Below the pieces are notes generated by a model, which was not told the DNA's origin, made no database searches, and was given only the letters and a program-made list of their open reading frames with translations. The translations under genes were made by a program, and so were the position numbers. Positions 40,158-49,100 of a stretch of DNA of 64,000 nt are shown piece by piece (position 1 is the first letter of the stretch; every line of letters begins with the position of its first letter). Origin of the DNA: Octopus bimaculoides (lineage: Eukaryota); NCBI RefSeq assembly GCF_001194135.2, contig NC_068985.1, positions 108,207,457 through 108,271,456 on the forward strand. The letters are read 5' to 3'.

Positions 40158-43100
40158 TAACATATAGTTATAATATTATAATCATTTTTAAATGGCAAAA
40201 TGGGAATTTGATGTAAAACAATAACTTACATATAGTGAATTTGAAATATATTGACGATCTACACAATATTCTACTTCGAAGAAACCTGCGGCAACACCTT
40301 TCTCTATAATTTCTTCTTGTTGTTTACGACTTGGGTTGTATTTGATATAAATTTCTCTACTGCTGATGTTCTTAATTAAAGCAGAATCCAGCTCTATTGA
40401 AAATCATTAACAATAACTTAATTTACATCTATAACAGACTTGAATGAATATCTGTAATTTCAATATCTTCAAACCTAAAGAGATATAATTTAAAAGGTTT
40501 GATGGACTATCTAATGTTGACTGCGAATCAGTGTCGTATTTACTGTGTGATAATGCAACGTGATCAGCGGCAGAATTAAATAATGTTTACCTTGGGCGAG
40601 TAATGTTGTCAGTGTATGACATCTTAATACTAGTTTTAATTAGTAATAATGGACTGCGTAACATGGTGATGATGAGATAACACAAAATGTTTACTGAATG
40701 ATATCTATTTTACAACAGTATAGTAAGAAACTCTGATGGGGGCGGGGAGCTGAATAGTTAAAGGTCTTCAGAGAACAAGCACCTTCTCTTATGCAAGCAT
40801 TTCGTTTCTTAATTCCTGAAAGTCTAAGGAACCGGGTACACTCAGGATGCCCCTCTTTTCTCTCTATTTCATGCTACTGTTTGCATTGTAAATAGCACCT
40901 CCTGGGTGTTCAAAATTCCCCAGAGCCTAGAATTCCTTGGATGTCGTAACCACTTCCGTTTGAGACACCAGTTAAACGTAGGGTATTATTGTACCTTTTC
41001 TTTTATTCTTCCTTGACTACTAATGCATATAGTGAGGAATCATTATGCTTACTACCAGAATGTGAACAATTAAGTTTGGAATTTACTGTAGCGCACTGTA
41101 TTGTTTGTCAAGGATGATCTTAATAAATGGTAGACAGTATAGTGATGCAGTGAGAGTGGTTAGTAAGAGAATATTTAACAAAAGCATGCCGTAACTAGAG
41201 GTAGTATAACATTTAATTCGATATTTGCACGGTAATGGACTGTTAACTGGAGGATAGATAACACTTGATATATGGGAAAATATAATGCTTACTGCAGAAC
41301 AATGAAATGTTTACTGCAGCGCAGTGTAATTCTACTTGGAGAAGGAGGCACTACTACAAGAGTGGGCACTTGGACATTATATTGTTGACTCTAGAAAGAT
41401 ATCATCTTTAGGAAGAGACAATTTTATCTCAGAGACATTATAATATTAGTAAATTGTAAACGAAATGACATTTGTACCATTTTGATGTGAAGTATTTTCT
41501 TTATCGGAGAATGAAGATTAATTTGTAGACAATTTATTGATAATTGTAGCTCTATAGTACTTTTTATAAGTATTGATAATAATGAAGAAAGTAATATAAT
41601 CTTTGATATAATTTGTCATCTGTATATCTGTTGTGTCGACGCCCCCAAGCGAAGCAGTAGGCTCGACCAAGACTTATAAATAGAGGTAGTCTGACCGTGA
41701 TAGGAGTTGAGTGGTTACCTGACAGTTGAATAGAGTGGACTGACGGTCGACTGACAGTTGAGTAGCTGTCGAGTAGCAGTCGAGCAGAGATCATCCGAAG
41801 GTGCGAGATAGCAGTAGCTTGAGACATAACAATATCATACATTTCTGTTAGCCTTAGCAATGTTGTTGAATGTTTATCAATTCTAATCCTTCCAGAGTAG
41901 GCCTATCTTCTTTTCAATTTGCCACCTTATATTCCTATATGTGGATCTTTATTGCATGTTGTACAAGTATAGAACTTGAAATGAGACTAGATTTTTATTA
42001 ACGTAGTTTTCTTATATTTCCCTTACATCTACTTCTGTTGACTTTTATTACATCTTTGTTTACTGCCTCCAACATAAAAAATAAAAATTCGCTACAGGAA
42101 CCTTTTTATTAACAGGAATAGCTTCTGTATTTTTGAAGTGCACCCTCTTTGTGAACCATATAAAAGCAGTAGTTAAATGAAGTTTATAACGATAATGAAA
42201 AAATGGAAATATAGAGAAAACCAATCATAAATGATTTGCCAACCTTTGTCAACGGTAATATCCGCTAATTTATTAATTGTAATTTTTGGTACAGACACGT
42301 GAATAATATCTTGCGGTTCAGTAATGAAAATTTCAACTAAAAAGTCATCAATAATTTCACCAGTGGTCACATGAATGTCGTGCCTGTATTTATTGTTCTG
42401 TCGTGTCAGAAGTTCTTGGTAAGTCAAGTTGTAAACTATATACTTCTGTGGTTCAATATTAACAGACATATCAAAGGCTCTTGTAAAGCGGTGTCTGGAA
42501 AATGATAAAAAAAAAACAACTGAAATACTTTGGAGATGTTGCTATTAAAATACTAAGTGCAAGAAATATCAAATAGTTGGGAAAATATAAAATTACTCGA
42601 CTTCAAAATAGCCAGAACTTTTTCCTTTTCCTACGTCCTTTTCGTAAATATCTTTAGCAACTGATTTTTCCTTTACTTCTCCTACAGTCACATGTCCATC
42701 AATTTCCCTGCAATCGAAAATAAAATTAAATAAAAATAATTAACATTGAAAAATCTCAAAAATTACAGTGGTTACATTTGACAGTTTGTACCAAAGGAAA
42801 GGAAAACACAATATCCCATCCCGAAATAAAAGTATTTTGAAAAGTGAAAATATATCAACTAGATTATGGCTGTCAGATCACAGTTTACTGAAAATAGCCA
42901 CCCTCGGTTTCCAGCACGGCCTCAAGGCGGCTCCGGAATCTGCATTCCTCACAGTGTCGCTGACAGGACCTACGAACATGTCATATTTTACAACTTTTTC
43001 AGTGTTCATAGAGCATTGGACAGCAGTCATGATTTCGACATTTTGATAACTAGTGTGAATCATTAGATTACAAGTAACTACTTTCGAGCATTTAGATGCT

Positions 43101-46100
43101 TTCAAGTCCTGTATCAGCTAACTTTTTTCCAAGCTACAACTTTAATCTCCAACGCTGTTGACTGTTCACCAAGCTGTTCCTGACGAAAGGAAACATAAGA
43201 AGTCGTCAAAGTTTGCCCGAACATCCAGTATTTTAGAAGTTTAAGAATATTTGAACATTTTTCCATTGTGTTCCAAATGTTTGTATGTAATAATCAAATA
43301 AACTCATATAGCGCCCATAATTGCATTAAGACTTGATTTGGAAAATAATTAACAAAATGAATCGTAATTATTTTGATAAAGTATTTCAACAGAACGTTTC
43401 ATTTTCACTGTTATGCATTTAATCAAATTTTCATGAGGCCGTTTCCTGAGATATGAGAGCTTTCTAAATCATGGTGAATTTGATGTGTCTGATATTCAAT
43501 TTGAATACTTGTGTGTTGTCATAAATAGCAAAAAACAGTAACAGTATTTGTACAGAAATGTAACAAGATGGTATGAGTAAGTAGCTCATTAACATACAGA
43601 ATGAACAATATGTGAGAGATAATGAAATTTATAACTGGAAAGTAAGTCTTCAAATAATCTTCATGACTTTTAGAAAACAGTATAACGCGCTCTCTGCTGT
43701 CATTCTGTTTTCCCACTCGTAGCTGTCTATTAATATCTAGCACTTGTAGCTAAATGAATAGACCAGCTTCTTTCTGAAGTACTTTGATTATATTTTACTT
43801 TGCAGACTAGCTTCCCTCTCCTACTTTCTTGTCGAATGGTTTTCCTTCATTGCACGTCTTCATAACATCCGACTGAGAATGAAACTTATCAATTCTTACC
43901 AAAAATGTTGATAATCACTAGTTAAACAGGCATGAGAATGTATAAACTGCTTTGTAAGCAGAAAGTTTTACATAAAAAACATGTAAGCTCTATGCCTTAT
44001 AATCAGAATGCTAATAAGAATATTAGAAATACAATGCTAAATTTACGACATCGTCAATTAGTAAATTGCTATAATTTCAATATATATATATTTTTTTACA
44101 AATCGTTGGGTCATTACTTGAACATCATAATATATTCAGTGACTTCTAAAAATTCACACATCGCACTGTCCGGTTTATTTGGTATCTTATTCTAAAGAAC
44201 TTCGTTTTCTAAGGCTAAAAGGGAAACAACAGTAGATTAGACTAGAAGTATATATCGTGAAAAATGAAATTTACTTACATAGAAAAATTCAATATAACTG
44301 ATTTAAGAGGCATCATTATGTATAAGTCTGCGCCGACTGTAGAATTGTACGGGTTATAATATTTCATGGAAACTAAAGTGGTAGCAATTCTATATGAAAT
44401 ATCACTGATTATATGAAGTGATTCCAGGTTTGCTTTCTGAAAATATAAAGTCAAGAAATATCGTAAATCACTTAAATAGATTTTTATTTAATATATACGG
44501 ATCAAGATATTCTCGACTATGTTATCAAAGGTGGATTTGTGGTGATTGGAATGAATGTTTAAGTATTTAAGGTATTGTTAGGTTTGTGATAAGGGGAGTA
44601 TTAGGAGGTTTATAACTTTAAAGTTACTTCTAAAAAGTTAGTAGTTTTGTGAGAATTTTCAAAAGTAATAGACAGATTTAGGCTAGAGAAAAAATTGTGT
44701 ACATTTTTTCTAGCTCGTTCTAAAGAGGATTTATTCATGCTCTTATTTCTTTATTGCCCACAAGGGGCTAAACACAGAGGGGACAAACAAGGACAGACAA
44801 AGGGATTAAGTCGATTACATCTACCCCAGTGCGTAACTGGTACTTTATTTATCGACCCCGAAAGGATGAAAGACAAAGTCGACTTCGGCGGAATTTGAAC
44901 TCAGAACGTAAAGACAGACGAAATACCGCTAAACATTTCGCCCGGCGTGCTAACGTTTCTGCCAAGCTCTGCAACTAGCAAGGCGTCATTTCTGTAGAGG
45001 CCTCACTTGAGGTTAGGGAAATGTATTTCGAGCTGGTGGAGTATGTATAGTCCAACGAGATCCGTGACTTGGGCGGAGTCGGATGATCTCGTGATAATGT
45101 CAAATAAATTGCTATGAATATTGGTATTGTTATAGTGACTGACCCGGCACCAGAGTTGTTCTGAAAAGAAATAAGGAGTAGACAGTTACCTCCCTTGAAA
45201 GCAGTTGTCTCATCAATTGGTTACTGGATGGCACACGTCGTGGTGCTGCATTGTGGGAGAATGAAATCTATAGCTTTTGGACGGCGCGACCAAAGTGATT
45301 AGACGTATTTTCTTCCTGCTGCGATTCCAAGTGATGTAACGGTAAAAAATAACCACATCTTGTATATGAATACAAACGCACAGAAAATGCCTTTATCTTT
45401 TTCTATACAAGTACTGTAATTTGCATTCAGTATCAAGATTAAAACGACTTACGGCCGTATTTGTAAATTCTTATCGTCTTGTTATTCTTGTATTTGGAGA
45501 ATGTCTGCCTTCTACATTTCAGCTTTCTTTGTTAGGAGCATAAGTTCCTAAAAATGGTGACCCCGTGGAACGAATAGACAAGTTTATATTTTACAAGTTT
45601 ACAGCGAATGAAAAAACAAAAAAACAAAAAAAAAAACAGACGAGTAGAACCGTTAACTGTTGTAAACGGTCGACATCTAAAAAATTTTTTTTCCCTTTCA
45701 AGCTTCGCCAACTTGCCTTCTCCAATTCCTTTTGGCGTTCCTCCACATTCCTTTCTTCTCAACGTTTTTTGCTTTTATAAAATGAACAATGTTCCGCTCT
45801 CTCAATTCAATGGGGAAGCGAAAATGTGGTTTTCGCAACTGGAATCCTATTTTATTGCTACCAGCACTCGCGAACCACTGGCCAAACTGCAAATCACATT
45901 GTCCGGCTTACCGTCCCCACTTGTTTCGTCTGTCTGGGATTTACTGACAGATGCACCAGATGGGATATCCTACGAGGAGTTTAACTTAGAGGTGCTTCGC
46001 AGAAACTCTCCGTCCGCTGAGAGCAAGTTCCGCTCATTGCCGCAGGATGAAACTATTTTTCTCTCGTATGCAGCCCAATACCCAGTCGGTGCTGGTGCAT

Positions 46101-49100
46101 CTTTTGGACACCACTCTTATTGACCAACTAGCCACCAAGGCAGACAAGATTCTTGAGTTCTCCAAAAACACAGACAGTCCAAGGATCAAGCTCATCATTG
46201 TATACAGCCCTGCTCTTACATCCCGGCGGGAAACTAGCCAGGGAGTCGTCTCCCTCATTGAAAATCTTCACCGTGCATTCTTCGTCCGAGACGCAAAATC
46301 TTCAAAGTCTTTTCTGGTAGACACAGGAGCCAGTGTTAACATTTGGCCTCGACGGTATACGTTCATCAATCTTGCTTTCTCGGACATTTCTTTGTTCCCG
46401 GTTAACCATTTTGCTATCCAGACCTACGGTCAAATCTCCCTTACTCATGATTTGTCACTCTGTAGGTTATTTCGGTGGATTTTCATTATTGCTGACTTAC
46501 CACATCCAATTTTAGGTACAGATTTTCTTCACCATTATTCATTCCTCGTGGATGTCAGAGGACGTCGACTTTTTGATAGAACCATTTTCCTCACTGTCTC
46601 CGGAGAGGATACTACCCTTCCTGCTGTGAGTCTTTCATTCTTCGTAGCCGCTGCTGGAAACACGTATCTACAGTTACTTGCTTCATTTCCCGAATTAACG
46701 GATTTGACATTCCTGTTAACCAAGCTAGTTCATTCTACTAAGCATTTTATAACGACTAAAGGACCTTCTGTATTTTCCAGACCTCGTCGTTTATCTTCAC
46801 AAAAGCTGCGGATTTACAGAGCTGAATTCAAGCATATGCTCCAGTTTGGCCTCATTCGTCTTTCCAAGAGTCCATAGGCCACGCCTCTGCACTTAGCAGA
46901 GAAAGGCGTCATCGATTTTCGTCCTTGTGGTGACTTTAGAAGGCTTAATACTGTCACGGTTCCTAGATCGCTATCCGATTTCACATTTTCAGGATTTTTC
47001 TTCAGCCCAACATGGATGCAAAATTTTTCCCAAAATCCACCTGGTACGCGCATACCATCAAATTCCCGTTAACTCGGAAGATATACCCAAGACAGCAGTA
47101 ACAACATCTCTCGGAGCATTTGAATTTTTATCCATGCCTTTTGGTCTTCGTAACGCAGCAAGAACATTAGCCTCATGCTATCTAAGATCCCAGATGAAGC
47201 AATGTCAAGGCAGGGAACTCAAAAGAGAGCAGCAGTATCCTTCACCAAAAGCCAATCCCATGCAATTGGCCAATTAAAATGTGATAACACTGGCGATGCC
47301 CTAGCACGGCCACAGCGTCAAGGCTGAAACATATAAAAGAATAAAAGAATANNNNNNNNNNCGAAGTTAAAATAAACGTCTAAGGGACAGAAGTATCCAT
47401 TATACTACCGCTATATTATCTATGTTTAACCATGGGCATACATATGCAAGCATATTATGCTCATAAATTATAGCAGGTAAAGACAAAGATAAACATGTGT
47501 TTATTAAGAATCAGAATTTAAAGGAAACAGGAAATGGAGAAATATTGATGAACAACAATTGTCTTACATCAATTGTTATTTATTGATTCAATACAAATAG
47601 ACTGCATCCCGTCTAACAGCTGTTTCTGCTTCCAATGTTGTATGGCATTGCCATTGATATGCTAAAAATATTTATCATATCTGGTAATAAAACCTATCTG
47701 AAACATGGAACTTCATCAGAATGAAGAATAAATAAAAAAATAATGTAGAGCCTAGAAAAGGGAAAAGTTGAATATGGTTGTAATCATACCATTTTGCTTG
47801 TGCATCTCTTTGGGATGTTAAGTATATGACTAAACATAAAATAGTACTTCATGGATTAATCCTTTGAACGTGGTCGGGGGTAGGATGGATAAATAATTAA
47901 AAATAAAGAAATTATAGTGGGATACGCCAATAGGTTTTAGTCGGAGAAGGGGTGAAGATACAATAAGGCTTTAGATTAATCATAATAATTTATAATGATT
48001 ACGTTTATAGTACTAATTAATAGGATTTATCACAATAAAGTGCTAACCGATTAAATATAATTTTTAAATTTTATTTACTAGTAGGTGGTTAAGCCCTTCC
48101 ACCTGTTGTCCGAAGTGAGATAGGCCAAGGTCCAACGTTCGATATAATTGGTCAGTTGAAATTTAAAAATAAAAGACCAACTTTTGAGACTGTTATACGG
48201 GGTAAGATAAATAAATAAATGAATGGGAAACTGGTGTATGTTGTAAGGGGCATTAAAACGCTTAGGACAGTATATACTAGATTAAAAAAATAAATATTAT
48301 GGAATAAATATTGAGAGAGAAACCTATTTGGACATTTAGGTAATAAGACGGTTAGGGGTGAAAATGGTCCAAATGTTTTTTTAAATAGGAACATGAAATT
48401 AGTAAAAACAATGAAATTATTAAAAACAATTTATTCTGTAGGAAAATTAGAAAAATATTTATGGTTAAGGGGAGGTAATAACCAGAGTAAGTGGCCTAAA
48501 TTAGAGACTGCTGGTCTGCCATCCAGTGCACAGAATAAGCGAGCTGACTAGCTCAACAGACAGCTAATTTCACCGCTAAGTGACTAAACAATCTATAAAT
48601 CAGTCAGTGTAGTGGTCAATTAAATAAGTAAACATAAATATCCCTAATTAAATTAATGATTACAATTTATACTTAAAATAAAAAATTAAAATACTTGCAA
48701 ATTATTCTTACAGATGCAGGTTCTTACTACAATTTGCTCATGCATGCATACTAAGTATCGTTGATTAGGTGCAATGAATTTAACCCACTTACCCTGGTTA
48801 TTACCTCCCCTTAACCATAAATATTTTCCTAATCTTTCTACAGAATAAATACTTTTCATTGTTATTAATTTCACATTGCTATTTAAAAAAAAAAAAATGT
48901 CCGAATAGGTTTCTCTCTTAATATTTAATCCATGATCTTTATTATTTTTAATATAGTATATACTGTCCTAAGCGACTGGGTTGGAACTGGGAAAGTGCCA
49001 TTACCTATAGCGTCCCAGATCAGCAACTGACTCCAGTTCTTTAAAACGGAAAAGTTAGCTACAGTGGTCGAAGCTAAAAGGCCCCATTTGTGACAGAAAA

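Larger units (their letters stand above)
39320..44490. repeat. intragenic segmental duplication, unit A (exons 2-5 plus introns)
   Basis: Colinear similarity to 31650-38590; boundaries approximate. Confidence 0.9.

Noticed and set aside
47800-48500. Mitochondrial insertion (NUMT)
   Set aside because: AT-rich, but I could not recognise any mitochondrial protein, rRNA or tRNA motif.
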